A DNA stretch of 64,000 bases from Planctomycetota bacterium (GTDB lineage: Bacteria; Planctomycetota; PLA2; JAEUHO01). The notes beneath the pieces are model-generated. The model was not told the DNA's origin and did not search any database. It saw nothing but the letters and a program-made list of their open reading frames with translations. This document shows positions 36,290 to 46,153 of the stretch, piece after piece. The position numbers and the translations under genes are program-made. Each line of letters opens with the position of its first letter. Positions within the stretch are counted from its first letter, which is position 1. Location: contig CBDCTJ010000007.1 of NCBI GenBank assembly GCA_965222115.1, forward strand, positions 2,656,001-2,720,000, read 5' to 3'.

Positions 36290-36855
36290 GGCATTTCGAG
36301 GGGTTCGAGACCAACCGAACACGACTTCGCCGACCGGCGATTGAAGACGCCTCAGCTATCTACGAAGGTTGGACGTCGGATTCTGTCGTCACCAAGTATC
36401 TGACATGGAAACCCCACACGGCGCTTCGGGACAGCGAAGGGTTTCTGCAACACTGCCTAGAGCTCTGGGAATCAGCGAAGGCGACGCGCAGTCCGTACAT
36501 GATTGTTGCGCACGAAGACGATCGAGTCTTGGGTATGGTGGACATCCGACTGGCTCCCCGTCGGATTGCATTTGGCTATGTACTCGCGCGGCGGGAGTGG
36601 GGAAAGGGCATTATGACCGAGGTCGTTGGTGCCGTGGCCGATGCGGCGCTTGCACTAGACGACACTGTACAAAACGACACTGTACTAGGCGAAATTGTCC
36701 GCGTCGAAGCAACGACGAGCATCAAGAATATACCGTCTCAGCGTGTATTAGAACGGGCAGGGTTCGAGAGGGAGGGAATATTACGGTGTTATATGCACCA
36801 CCCGAACATTAGCGACGAGCCGTCGGATGTGTACATGTATTCGCGGGTGGAATAG
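36286..36855 (+). CDS. GNAT N-acetyltransferase (RimJ/RimL family), tandem paralog
   Basis: ETNRTRLR, FGYVLARREWGKGIMTE and NIPSQRVLERAGFEREG motifs. Confidence 0.92.
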   Translation: MRHFEGFETNRTRLRRPAIEDASAIYEGWTSDSVVTKYLTWKPHTALRDSEGFLQHCLELWESAKATRSPYMIVAHEDDRVLGMVDIRLAPRRIAFGYVLARREWGKGIMTEVVGAVADAALALDDTVQNDTVLGEIVRVEATTSIKNIPSQRVLERAGFEREGILRCYMHHPNISDEPSDVYMYSRVE

Positions 36856-36888
36856 CTTGTTTAAGATCAGGGTGGGCGCGATGCGTAT

Positions 36889-36968
36889 GCCGTCACCCGA
36901 TACCCGTCAGCCGACACCCGGACTCCACTGTGAGCATCCGAAGATCGATTCGCATCGAACGGTGGACG
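36889..36968 (+). repeat. Module R copy 13 (solo, collapsed, no cargo gene)
   Basis: Four heptamers, GGACTCCACTGTGAGCATCCGAAGATCGATTCGCATCGAACGGTGGACG. Confidence 0.85.
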
Positions 36969-36995
36969 GAACTAGCTAGGCGAAGCGGTTGTTAT

Positions 36996-37817
36996 CTACC
37001 ACCGCCAATCACTCGCCGTAGGCAGAATGACAAACAACAGGAACGTTGCTAGTAGCGTGGCAATGCGCACACCGGCTTGAACTTCACCCGAGGGTTGCAC
37101 AAGGCCGCGAACCGGTAGGGGGAGCGCTTCTTCACCGCGGTTGTCCGAGCGCATGATGGACAGGCGCATTAGCAAATCGAACACGGAAATGCCCGCGACG
37201 AGAAACACGGCGATGCCGGTCTTGCCCATGAGTGCGCCCAATGCGAGAACCAGCAGTCGCTCGGCCCACGACCAAAGTGTTGGCCCTTCCGGCAAGCGTC
37301 CTTCGGTCGCATCCAATGCACGTGTAAGCGCAAGAAGCAGGACGGCGCCAAGGGCGATCAACAAAATGAGCGTGCGAAACGAAGAGCCGTCACTTGCGGC
37401 GTCCAAGATCATGCCGCCGATCAATGCGAGCGGAACCCCCTCACTCAAGAGTGAAACGAACGCGTCCTTACGTGTCTGATCGATTTTCATTTGTGCGCCG
37501 CGTCGTCGGCTCTCGGGTCGTGAAAACCACGCCAGCACAATCGCGGGAATCGCCAGCAGTGCGCCCACACCGGGATGCGCGAGGGCGAAGCAAGCACTTG
37601 ACAAGCCAGCAATGATGAGAGCTACCAGTACGAGGCGAATCGACGACCAGCCTCGCTTGGCTAGCCATCCCGATGCGTCTCGATGGATTCGCCGAAGCCA
37701 CGACAACTCCGGCGCGCCTACGGGTGCACCTGCAGGCGTAGGCGTCGTTGTCGGCGCTTGCTCTGGAGAGGGTGGAGACGTCTCGGAAACGCTGGGAGAT
37801 TCGTCGGGGTCAGTCAT
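36996..37817 (-). CDS. Hypothetical polytopic membrane protein
   Basis: Pro-rich N-terminus followed by about six hydrophobic segments; start uncertain. Confidence 0.65.
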   Translation of the reverse strand: MTDPDESPSVSETSPPSPEQAPTTTPTPAGAPVGAPELSWLRRIHRDASGWLAKRGWSSIRLVLVALIIAGLSSACFALAHPGVGALLAIPAIVLAWFSRPESRRRGAQMKIDQTRKDAFVSLLSEGVPLALIGGMILDAASDGSSFRTLILLIALGAVLLLALTRALDATEGRLPEGPTLWSWAERLLVLALGALMGKTGIAVFLVAGISVFDLLMRLSIMRSDNRGEEALPLPVRGLVQPSGEVQAGVRIATLLATFLLFVILPTASDWRW

Positions 37818-37861
37818 GGGTCCGGCAAGATAGCAGGCGCAATCCAGCAAGGAGGCAGACC

Positions 37862-39037
37862 GTGCAACCATGGCCCATCGCAACGCGTCTACAACGCATG
37901 GGAACCGAGGCGGCGTTTCGCGTGTTTGCACGTGCGAAGGCTCTGGAGGCCGGTGGGCGAGACATTGTCCACCTGGAGATGGGACAACCCGATTTTCCGA
38001 CGCCTGGCTTCATTACCGAAGCCGCGATTGCCGCGCTTAAGGATGGACACACGGGCTATGCGCCCGCGGCTGGGCTCCCTGCACTAAGAGAAGCGATTGC
38101 CTCGTATGTCTCTACGACCCGTTCGATTGAAGTGGGGGCAGATGAAGTCGTTGTGTTTCCCGGTGGGAAACCGGTGATTTTCGCAACCTACATGGCGCTA
38201 CTGGAGCCCGGCGACGAAGTCATTTATCCGGATCCCGGTTTTCCAATCTTCGAGTCGATGGCCGACGCGTTGGGGGCCGTGAAACGCCCATGGCATCCAG
38301 GGTCGGGTTCGACGCGTCGACCCAATTTGGATCAGCTCGCCGAGCTCATGGGGCCCAAGACAAAGTTATTGGTGCTCAACAGTCCCGGCAATCCAACGGG
38401 CATTGTTCATTCGCACGAAGAGCTGCATGCCATTGCGGCGCTCGCGATCGAGCACGACGTTCAAGTGCTCAGTGATGAAATCTACTCGCGCATAATCTTT
38501 GGCAAACAGCACCACAGCATTGCGGCCATCGACGGCATGCGCCAGCGCACCATTATTCTCGATGGCTTTAGCAAGACGTGGAGCATGACGGGCTGGCGAC
38601 TGGGCTACAGCGTTTCGCCAGTGCCCATGGCAGAAACGTTCGCCAAACTTATGACCAACGATGCGTCGTGCGCCGTGAACTTTGCCCAACACGGCGCGTT
38701 GGCCGCGTTGCGTGGCCCCACATCCGATGTGGAGCGCATGGTGAGTGCGTTCGCGTCGCGCGCCCGTGTGCTTTCGGGTGGATTGAACGACCTTCCCGGC
38801 GTCACATGCGACATGCCCGGGGGTTCGTTCTTTGCCTTTGCGGACGTGTCCGGTACCGGCATCGATGCCACGCGGTTGGCGGGTCGATTCCTGGAAGAAG
38901 GTGGCGTCGCGTGCGTCGAAGGACCGTCCTTTGGCGGTAATGGCGAAAGCCATATTCGCTTCTCGTTCGCCGCCGACGAGGCACGGATTCGCGAAGCCGT
39001 TGCACGTATGCGCCGCGTACTTGAGTCGCCGTCGTAG
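37862..39037 (+). CDS. Class I/II PLP-dependent aminotransferase (aspartate aminotransferase-like)
   Basis: GQPDFPTP, NSPGNPTG, SDEIY and GFSKTWSMTGWRLG motifs; GTG start after AGGAGG. Confidence 0.94.
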   Translation: MQPWPIATRLQRMGTEAAFRVFARAKALEAGGRDIVHLEMGQPDFPTPGFITEAAIAALKDGHTGYAPAAGLPALREAIASYVSTTRSIEVGADEVVVFPGGKPVIFATYMALLEPGDEVIYPDPGFPIFESMADALGAVKRPWHPGSGSTRRPNLDQLAELMGPKTKLLVLNSPGNPTGIVHSHEELHAIAALAIEHDVQVLSDEIYSRIIFGKQHHSIAAIDGMRQRTIILDGFSKTWSMTGWRLGYSVSPVPMAETFAKLMTNDASCAVNFAQHGALAALRGPTSDVERMVSAFASRARVLSGGLNDLPGVTCDMPGGSFFAFADVSGTGIDATRLAGRFLEEGGVACVEGPSFGGNGESHIRFSFAADEARIREAVARMRRVLESPS

Positions 39038-39136
39038 AACGCGCGTGTTCTCCGAGTCAGTCGTCGCGGGAGGCTCGCGGCCCACTACCATGGTGCCCAC
39101 AGCACGTCGCCCCATCGCGATCTTGAAGGAGTTCCC

Positions 39137-41347
39137 ATGTCGATGTCATTGTCTCAAAACATGCTGTCCCACCCAATTTTGAAGCTCGCGTGCCTTCCCG
39201 TGGCGCTTGTCGTGCTCACGCTCACTCTTCGTACCGGTCATGCTGAGGAGAAAGCTCCTTGGCGTCTCGAAGCTCGCATTCCCGGCACCACGCTCGCCTA
39301 CTTGGGCGTCAATGACATTGGCTCACTGTCGGAGAAACTGGGGAACACGTCGTTCGGCAGAATGATGCAAGAACCGGAGATGCAGGAGTTCCTGAAACCC
39401 CTGACGGATTTCGCGCAGTCGATGATGGACGACGCGGCGAGTGCCGCGCCGGGGCAAGGCGGACCGGTGCCTCCCATGCTCATGGATTTCTTCAAGCAGC
39501 TTCAAGGGCTCAAGGGTCAACTCGGAATTGCCCTGCTTGACTTGTCACAGGAAACGGGCACGCCGTCCCTCGTTGCAAGTCTCGATTTCGGCGGCAACGT
39601 CGGGGATTTCGTAACGTTTCTCAACCGCGTTCGGGGTGAAGTGGATCCGGGCGGTGAACACATCAAGAGCACCGAGCGTGACGGCCGTACATGGTGGACG
39701 CTTGATGGTGGCGATGTGCCCATCGTCGCCACCACGTTTGGATCCGCATTCGTGATCGGAACCGATGAGGCCACCGTGACCCAGACGATCGCGTCGCCGG
39801 GCGCTGAGTCACTCGCGTCGTCAGCCGCCTACACCAAGACGTTGGCGCGTATGGGTGGCCATTCGCAGTCGTTGATGCTCTACGGAAACGTCGCTGAAGT
39901 GATGGGTCGCTTCGGTTCGCAAATGGGCAAGCAGGCCGGCGGCATGATGAAGCTCTTGGGCGTTGACACAATTCACGCAGCAGCCTATGGCATGGCGTTC
40001 GTGGAAGAGGGCTTCCGCGACTCCGTGGTGGTGTATGCGCCCAATCCCACGCATGGCATCTTTTCGTTGATTCGTGGTCGCCCCTACGCGGGCGAAGCCG
40101 CCCCATTCGTTCCCAAGGACGCGGTCTATTACTCCGAAGGCGCGTTTGATGTCGAAGGACTGATGTCCAACATTCGCAAGTTCGCTGCAGAGATCGATCC
40201 CGGCGCGGAACAAGAGTTCTCCCAAGCACTCGATCATCTGCGTCAGGCGTTAGGTGTTGATGTCGAGAAGGACGTCATCAATCAATTGGACGGCAGCATG
40301 GCGTCGTACCTGTCGATGCCAATGACGGGAGGGCTATTTCCTGAATTCGTCTTTATGCTGAAGATGAAAGATGCCGCGGTGGCCCAACAAAATATGGAGC
40401 GGCTGGCAAATGGCATCGCGGGCATGGTGAATGAGAGTGGCGAAGCGATTTGCAGCGTAGAGTCACGTACCTATCACGACAAGCCCATGAATCTGTTCCA
40501 TCTCCAGGCAGCACGAGGGCGAGACGTACTCCCGTTCACGCCCACATGGAGCTTCATGGGCGACTGGATGATGGTGAGTCTCGTTCCGCACACTATGAAA
40601 GAATTGATTCTGCGCAGCAGAGAGACGGGCGAAAGCATCACAGCGAGTCCGGATTTTCAAAGTCTACTCAAGCACAAGCCCGATCACGCATCGTTCGTGA
40701 CCTACTACGATACGGCGTCCATTATGGGACTCATCTACGACACGGCCGTCCCGTTGTTGCAAACAGCGGTGAAGCCCAACATGATGCCGCGCGAGATGCC
40801 ACCGCTCGATTTCAGCAAGCTCCCTGCGGCACGCACGATGAAGCCCTACATGCACAGCATGGCGGCCTTCACCACCATGGACGATGAGGGACTTGCCGTA
40901 TCCGTGCAGGGACCCATGCCCATGATCATGGGCCAGATGGTGTTTATGGCCGGGCTTGGTGCAGCAACGTTCGCGGTGCGTAGTAGATCTTGGCAAAGTC
41001 GCGAACGAGACGTAATGAACGATGTGACCGAAGAAGAGATAGACCGTGTCGCGAAGTCCATGCACGATGGCAACACATTTATGCGAGCGATCAAGGCGTT
41101 TACGAAGCTGCACGGACGCCTACCGAAGTCGCTTTCGGAGCTAACACAAGCGTCGCAAGGTCAGAAGCCAATACTTCGCTACATACCGAGAGACTATTGG
41201 AATCGATCCTATGTGTATCGCCTAAAAGACGGTTCCTACGACATTTATTCCATGGGCCAAGACGGTATTGAGGGCACCAAGGACGACGATCATGTCGCGC
41301 CCATGGGAACGATAGGGCTCGCTCGCGACAAGGATTCGGGGAAGTAG
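39137..41347 (+). CDS. Exported DUF3352-like protein with a C-terminal GspG-like domain
   Basis: Signal peptide, long alpha/beta body, TM helix, then GRLPKSLSEL...PRDYWNRSYVY...SMGQDGIEGTKDD. The DUF label is tentative. Confidence 0.7.
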   Translation: MSMSLSQNMLSHPILKLACLPVALVVLTLTLRTGHAEEKAPWRLEARIPGTTLAYLGVNDIGSLSEKLGNTSFGRMMQEPEMQEFLKPLTDFAQSMMDDAASAAPGQGGPVPPMLMDFFKQLQGLKGQLGIALLDLSQETGTPSLVASLDFGGNVGDFVTFLNRVRGEVDPGGEHIKSTERDGRTWWTLDGGDVPIVATTFGSAFVIGTDEATVTQTIASPGAESLASSAAYTKTLARMGGHSQSLMLYGNVAEVMGRFGSQMGKQAGGMMKLLGVDTIHAAAYGMAFVEEGFRDSVVVYAPNPTHGIFSLIRGRPYAGEAAPFVPKDAVYYSEGAFDVEGLMSNIRKFAAEIDPGAEQEFSQALDHLRQALGVDVEKDVINQLDGSMASYLSMPMTGGLFPEFVFMLKMKDAAVAQQNMERLANGIAGMVNESGEAICSVESRTYHDKPMNLFHLQAARGRDVLPFTPTWSFMGDWMMVSLVPHTMKELILRSRETGESITASPDFQSLLKHKPDHASFVTYYDTASIMGLIYDTAVPLLQTAVKPNMMPREMPPLDFSKLPAARTMKPYMHSMAAFTTMDDEGLAVSVQGPMPMIMGQMVFMAGLGAATFAVRSRSWQSRERDVMNDVTEEEIDRVAKSMHDGNTFMRAIKAFTKLHGRLPKSLSELTQASQGQKPILRYIPRDYWNRSYVYRLKDGSYDIYSMGQDGIEGTKDDDHVAPMGTIGLARDKDSGK

Positions 41348-41408
41348 AACCGCCCCACTGGGCGCACCGTCTCGTGCGATAACACGCGCGAAGGTGGGGG
41401 GCAAGATC

Positions 41409-43514
41409 ATGAGTCTTCGGAATGCGCTTGTTGGCGGCTCGTTATTGGCGGTGCTTGCGCTCGTCGCAATTGGGCTGCGTGCGGGGAACGCGGGTGCCAA
41501 GGACGCGTGGGACTTGGCTTCTCGCGTCCCGGCTTCCACGGTGGCGTACGTGGCAATCGAAGACGTTGCGTCACTGGACGACCAGTTTGCGCAGACCTCA
41601 CTCGGTGAGTTTCTCGATGAACCCGAGATGAAGGCGTTCCTGGCGCCCGTGATTGAGCGCATCAAGCGATTTCGAGACGAATTGACGTCCGACGGGCGCG
41701 AGTCAGGGATGCCGCCCGAGTTGGTTTCGGTGCTAGAGCACGTGCTCACGCTAAAGGGCCAATTGAGTATTGCTCTCTTGGCGTTGGCGCCGGATGGCGG
41801 GCCTCCGTCCTTCGTGGCCAGCTTTGATGCCCAGGGCGATCTCGATGACTTCGTTGAGAGCATGGAACAATTGCGCGCGAGCGTAGATCCCTCGGGCGAA
41901 CGCGTTGCGAGCGAAGCGCGCGAGGGCCGTACCTGGTGGGCGTTAGACAGCGGCGGATTGTCGATGGCGGCAACCACCTTTGGTGCCACGTTCTTAGTTG
42001 GTTCGAGCGTAGAAGCGGTAAAACACGTCATCGATGCCCCACCTTCCGACTCGTTGGCGTTATCAGAAATCTATACGAAGACCTTGGCCCGCATGGGTAC
42101 GGATGCACGCTCACTGGTGCTCTTTGCCAACGCAGAGTCACTCGTCGCCGCGGGGGGTGAACCCGCTCAAGTCGCGGCACGCATATTCGGCGGCGAGGCG
42201 CTGCGCGGATTGGCCTATGGGATGTCGTTCGTTGAACGCGGATTTCGCGACTCTTTTGTAGTTTACGTGCCGAACGCAACCGGGGGTTTGTTCTCGTTGA
42301 TTCAGGCGCGACCGTATCGCGGCGAAACAGTGGCGTTGGCGCCGAAGAACGCCGTGTATTTTTCCGAGGGTTGTATTGTGCTGTCGGATGTAGTTGCAAG
42401 AATCCGTGCGTTCAACGATGAGCTCGACCCCGAAGCGAATCGTGCGGTGGAGCGGTTCGTAGACCGTCTTCGTCGACATCTGGACATAAACATCGAGGAC
42501 GAGGTTCTGTCTCAGCTCGAAGGCGGTTTGGCGAGTTACGTTGCGATGCCAGCCACGGGCGGGTTGTATCCCGAGGTCGTCATCATGGTGAAAGTCAAGG
42601 ATGCACAAACAGCGGCGCCGCGCATGATGCGCCTCGCAGGCGCCATCGCCGGCGCGCTCAACGAGGAAGGCGAAGTCCTCGCGAATGTCGAGTCACGAAC
42701 GTTTCGAGGTAAGCAGCTGCACCTTGTCAAGTTGCAAGCCGCTAAGGGCGACGACCTCGTCCCGCTAACGCCTACGTGGTCATTCATCGGCGATTGGATG
42801 GTGCTGAGTTTGGTCCCTCACACCATGAAGGAGCTGATTCTCCGCCACGAAGCCAAGGGCGAATCCCTTGCAGCCAACACGGAGTTTCAGCGATTGGTCA
42901 AGAGCCGACCCGCGCACACGTCGTTCGTGACCTATTACGACACGGCGGCAATGATGCGCATGCTTTATGATACCGCCGTGCCGTTGCTCCAAGCCGCGGG
43001 CAAGCCCAATATGCTGCCACGCGATTTCCCAATGCTCGACTTTACGAAGCTTCCTGCGGCGCGCGTAGTGAACAAGTATTTTGACGGCACGATGACATTT
43101 ACAACAATCGATGGAAAGGGGCTGGCAGTCTCTGTGCAGGGACCCATGCCAATGATCATGAGCCAATACACCTTCTTGCTCGCAGTTGCGGTCGGAATGA
43201 ACGTCGTGCGCGCATTGCCGCTCGGCGATCAAAAGGACGAGCTTGCAAGGACGCAGCTCTTTGCGTTCCGAAACGCAGTCAGTATGTACAAGCTTATGAA
43301 TAAGCGACTCCCCACATCGCTTGACGACCTCACGAAACCGGATGCGGACGGTGAGCGGTTCTTAGGTGACGACCGCATACCTCTGGATCCTTGGGGGCGC
43401 CCGTACATGTATCTTGCGACCGACCGAGCGTTTTCCATTGCATCTGCCGGGCCCGATGGAAAGTTCGGGACCGAGGACGACATCGCCTATCCAACGGAGA
43501 GTCGCACGAAGTGA
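41409..43514 (+). CDS. Paralog of the previous gene, with a C-terminal GspG-like domain
   Basis: Shares MPxTGGLxPE, PxTPTWSFxGDWMxxSLVPHTMKELILR and YDTAVPLLQ; C-terminus PLDPWGRPYMY...SAGPDGKFGTEDDI. Confidence 0.75.
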   Translation: MSLRNALVGGSLLAVLALVAIGLRAGNAGAKDAWDLASRVPASTVAYVAIEDVASLDDQFAQTSLGEFLDEPEMKAFLAPVIERIKRFRDELTSDGRESGMPPELVSVLEHVLTLKGQLSIALLALAPDGGPPSFVASFDAQGDLDDFVESMEQLRASVDPSGERVASEAREGRTWWALDSGGLSMAATTFGATFLVGSSVEAVKHVIDAPPSDSLALSEIYTKTLARMGTDARSLVLFANAESLVAAGGEPAQVAARIFGGEALRGLAYGMSFVERGFRDSFVVYVPNATGGLFSLIQARPYRGETVALAPKNAVYFSEGCIVLSDVVARIRAFNDELDPEANRAVERFVDRLRRHLDINIEDEVLSQLEGGLASYVAMPATGGLYPEVVIMVKVKDAQTAAPRMMRLAGAIAGALNEEGEVLANVESRTFRGKQLHLVKLQAAKGDDLVPLTPTWSFIGDWMVLSLVPHTMKELILRHEAKGESLAANTEFQRLVKSRPAHTSFVTYYDTAAMMRMLYDTAVPLLQAAGKPNMLPRDFPMLDFTKLPAARVVNKYFDGTMTFTTIDGKGLAVSVQGPMPMIMSQYTFLLAVAVGMNVVRALPLGDQKDELARTQLFAFRNAVSMYKLMNKRLPTSLDDLTKPDADGERFLGDDRIPLDPWGRPYMYLATDRAFSIASAGPDGKFGTEDDIAYPTESRTK

Positions 43515-43903
43515 GTAACTTGAGCGACAGCACGCCGCGCCTCAAGTTCGGCGTCTTGAAATGGGTCGCCCTGGTATTCGTTGTAGGTATGGCAATCGCC
43601 GTGCTGGGGCCCAATGTCTGGAACGGCAAGCAAAGCAAGAAGAGTCTGGCCAAGTCTCAGATTATTTTGTTTCGTGATGCATTGAGTCAATTCCGTCTAA
43701 AACATGAGCGACTTCCTGGCACACTTGATGAACTTGTGCGCGTCGGGCTGCTCAACGAAGATCCCGTTCCCGCAGATCCATGGGGGAATCCCTATTTGTA
43801 TCGCTCTGAGGATCGCACGTTCTACATTGCAAGCGCCGGCCCCGACGGCATATTTGAGAACGAGGACGACATCGTGTATCCAGAACTGAGGCACAACGGA
43901 TGA
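43511..43903 (+). CDS. Type II secretion GspG-like pseudopilin domain protein
   Basis: TM helix, then LPGTLDELV, PADPWGNPYLY and SAGPDGIFENEDDI; no canonical GFTLIE motif. Confidence 0.8.
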   Translation: MSNLSDSTPRLKFGVLKWVALVFVVGMAIAVLGPNVWNGKQSKKSLAKSQIILFRDALSQFRLKHERLPGTLDELVRVGLLNEDPVPADPWGNPYLYRSEDRTFYIASAGPDGIFENEDDIVYPELRHNG

Positions 43904-44970
43904 GTCGCTCGGGCGCCAGTGCACCCCGCGTGCCCGAAGGGATGCACGCAGCCGACTTCCGAAGCGATACGGTAACCAAACCATCGCAGGCCATGCGCGG
44001 CGCCATGGCCGCGGCGTTGGTCGGGGACGATGTGTTTGCCGACGATCCCACGGTGCTTGAACTTGAGCGCGAAGTCGCTGCGATGTTTGGGAAAGAGGCG
44101 TCGCTCTTTGTGCCGTCGGGAACACAAGGCAATCAGATCGCGGTGCGATTGCACACACGACCCGGTCAGGAAGTGGTCGTGGGGGAGAACAGCCACACAC
44201 TCGATTGGGAGCTTGCCGGTTTGGCGGCACTCTCCGGTGTGCAGGCCCGCGCAATTCCGGCGCCGGCGGGTCGTGTCGATGTTGATGCGGCGCGCATGAC
44301 TTTGCGTCACGCGGGAGGATTCCGACCCGCGTGTCGTCTACTCATTGTTGAGAACACACACAACTTCTGCGGTGGTGCAGTGGTTCCCTTGGATCACATG
44401 CGTGCCCTTTGGGATGCAGTTGTTGATGCAGGCGCCACGCTCCACATCGACGGCGCGCGCATTTGGAACGCGTCAGTCGCTAGCGACACGACGTTGGCCG
44501 ACTATGGCGCACTCTGTCACACCATGATGGTCTGTCTTAGCAAGGGGATCGGGGCGCCCATTGGTTCACTTTTGCTCGGCACCGAAGCGGCAATGACCGA
44601 GGCGCGCGAGATTCGCAAGCTCTTGGGAGGGGGCATGCGGCAGACGGGGGTGCTTGCGGCACCGGCCTTGGTGGGTCTTAAGGATTATCGCGAACGGCTG
44701 GCCGAGGATCATCGACGTGCGAGTGCTCTCGGTTCCGCGCTCGATTCGCTTGCCTCCGTCTCATTGCCTCTGGGCATGCCCGAGACCAACATATTGTTCG
44801 TTCAAGTCAACAATCACGATGCGCGCGAGGTTCAATCAGCGTTGGCGGGGGAAGGCGTGTTGGCCGTGGCGACAGCGATCGACAGGTTGCGGTTTGTCAC
44901 GCACTGCGATGTGAACGATGATGACGTCAAGCGTGCGGTGAGCGCCATGGCGTCGGCGCTGTCGGACTAG
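43900..44970 (+). CDS. ltaE: Low-specificity L-threonine aldolase
   Basis: DFRSDTVTKP, PSGTQGNQ, ENTHN, HIDGARIWNA, CLSKGIGAP and GGGMRQ motifs. Confidence 0.94.
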   Translation: MSRSGASAPRVPEGMHAADFRSDTVTKPSQAMRGAMAAALVGDDVFADDPTVLELEREVAAMFGKEASLFVPSGTQGNQIAVRLHTRPGQEVVVGENSHTLDWELAGLAALSGVQARAIPAPAGRVDVDAARMTLRHAGGFRPACRLLIVENTHNFCGGAVVPLDHMRALWDAVVDAGATLHIDGARIWNASVASDTTLADYGALCHTMMVCLSKGIGAPIGSLLLGTEAAMTEAREIRKLLGGGMRQTGVLAAPALVGLKDYRERLAEDHRRASALGSALDSLASVSLPLGMPETNILFVQVNNHDAREVQSALAGEGVLAVATAIDRLRFVTHCDVNDDDVKRAVSAMASALSD

Positions 44971-44979
44971 CACGGCGTC

Positions 44980-46140
44980 GTGGCGCGTGGTTCCCAAGCA
45001 GGGTGCGACGTCCTTCGATTTATTACGCGCCTCAATGTCGGAGGTCCGCTGCGACAACTCGAAGCGCTCTGCCCCGGGTTGGCGGAAACACATTGGCGCG
45101 GCCCCGTCATCCACGGCAGGGTCGAACCCCACGAAACAGACGGTGCGCATCGACTGCGCGAGCGCGGTGTGCATTTGATTTCGCTGCCAGGCCTCGCGCG
45201 CGGCATCCAACCTGTGACGGATCTCGTCACCCTTCGCCGCGCGTTGGGTGTCGTGCGTCGTTTGCGCCCACGCATTTTGCATTCGCATACATTCAAAGCC
45301 GGCGCGCTTGCGCGCGCGGTTGGGCGCATTGAGGGCATACCTACGGTCCACACGTTTCACGGACATCATTTTCTTGAACCGGGCGTTCGTGGCCGCGCGA
45401 TTCGCATGATTGAGCGTGGACTGATTCCTGCGCCGGATCATTTGATCGCACTCTCCACGCGTCAGCGCCGTGACTTAGCGCGTGTGTTTGGCGATTCCGT
45501 TCCGATCCATGTGATTTCACCGGGCATTTCCCTTCGAGCGCTGCACATCGACGCGATGGAAGAGGTGGACGACACGCCGTGGTCGAATCCGCGTGCCATG
45601 AAGTGGATTTGGACGGGCCGCATGGTTGGCGTGAAACGACTGCGCATATTGTTGGAAGCGCTCTCCAAGACCAAGCACACGCACGAGTTGTTGCTGATCG
45701 GGGATGGCCCCGAACGACCTGCTATAGGGGAGGCTGCGCGCGCCATGGGACTCGAACATCTCGTGATGTTCGCCGGTGCACTGCCTATCGCCGATGTGCC
45801 CCGCCTTGTCGCGCGGGCCGATGCGTTTGTGTTGAGCTCGCGATCCGAAGGAACACCGATTTCGGTGATCGAGGCCATGGCACTTGGCGTGCCGCCGGTC
45901 GTGCCCACGGTGGGAGGGCTGCCCGACGTGGTGGCGCACGAACGCACCGGCCTGTGGTTTGCCCCGGGCGACACACGTGACCTGGCGCGCGCCATGGATC
46001 GACTGGCCACACATCCGACGTTGCGCTTTCGACTCGGTGCGGCAGCACGAGAAGCGGCCCATGAACGATTTTCCGCGGCGCGTTTGGTCGCTGATACGTG
46101 TGCGCTCTACGACGAGGTCGCTGCGGGCGCCCACGCCTGA
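44980..46140 (+). CDS. Glycosyltransferase family 4
   Basis: ITRLNVGGP, HTFKAG, HTFHGH and SRSEGTPISVIEAMALG motifs. Confidence 0.92.
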   Translation: MARGSQAGCDVLRFITRLNVGGPLRQLEALCPGLAETHWRGPVIHGRVEPHETDGAHRLRERGVHLISLPGLARGIQPVTDLVTLRRALGVVRRLRPRILHSHTFKAGALARAVGRIEGIPTVHTFHGHHFLEPGVRGRAIRMIERGLIPAPDHLIALSTRQRRDLARVFGDSVPIHVISPGISLRALHIDAMEEVDDTPWSNPRAMKWIWTGRMVGVKRLRILLEALSKTKHTHELLLIGDGPERPAIGEAARAMGLEHLVMFAGALPIADVPRLVARADAFVLSSRSEGTPISVIEAMALGVPPVVPTVGGLPDVVAHERTGLWFAPGDTRDLARAMDRLATHPTLRFRLGAAAREAAHERFSAARLVADTCALYDEVAAGAHA

Positions 46141-46153
46141 GTACGATGGGCCC

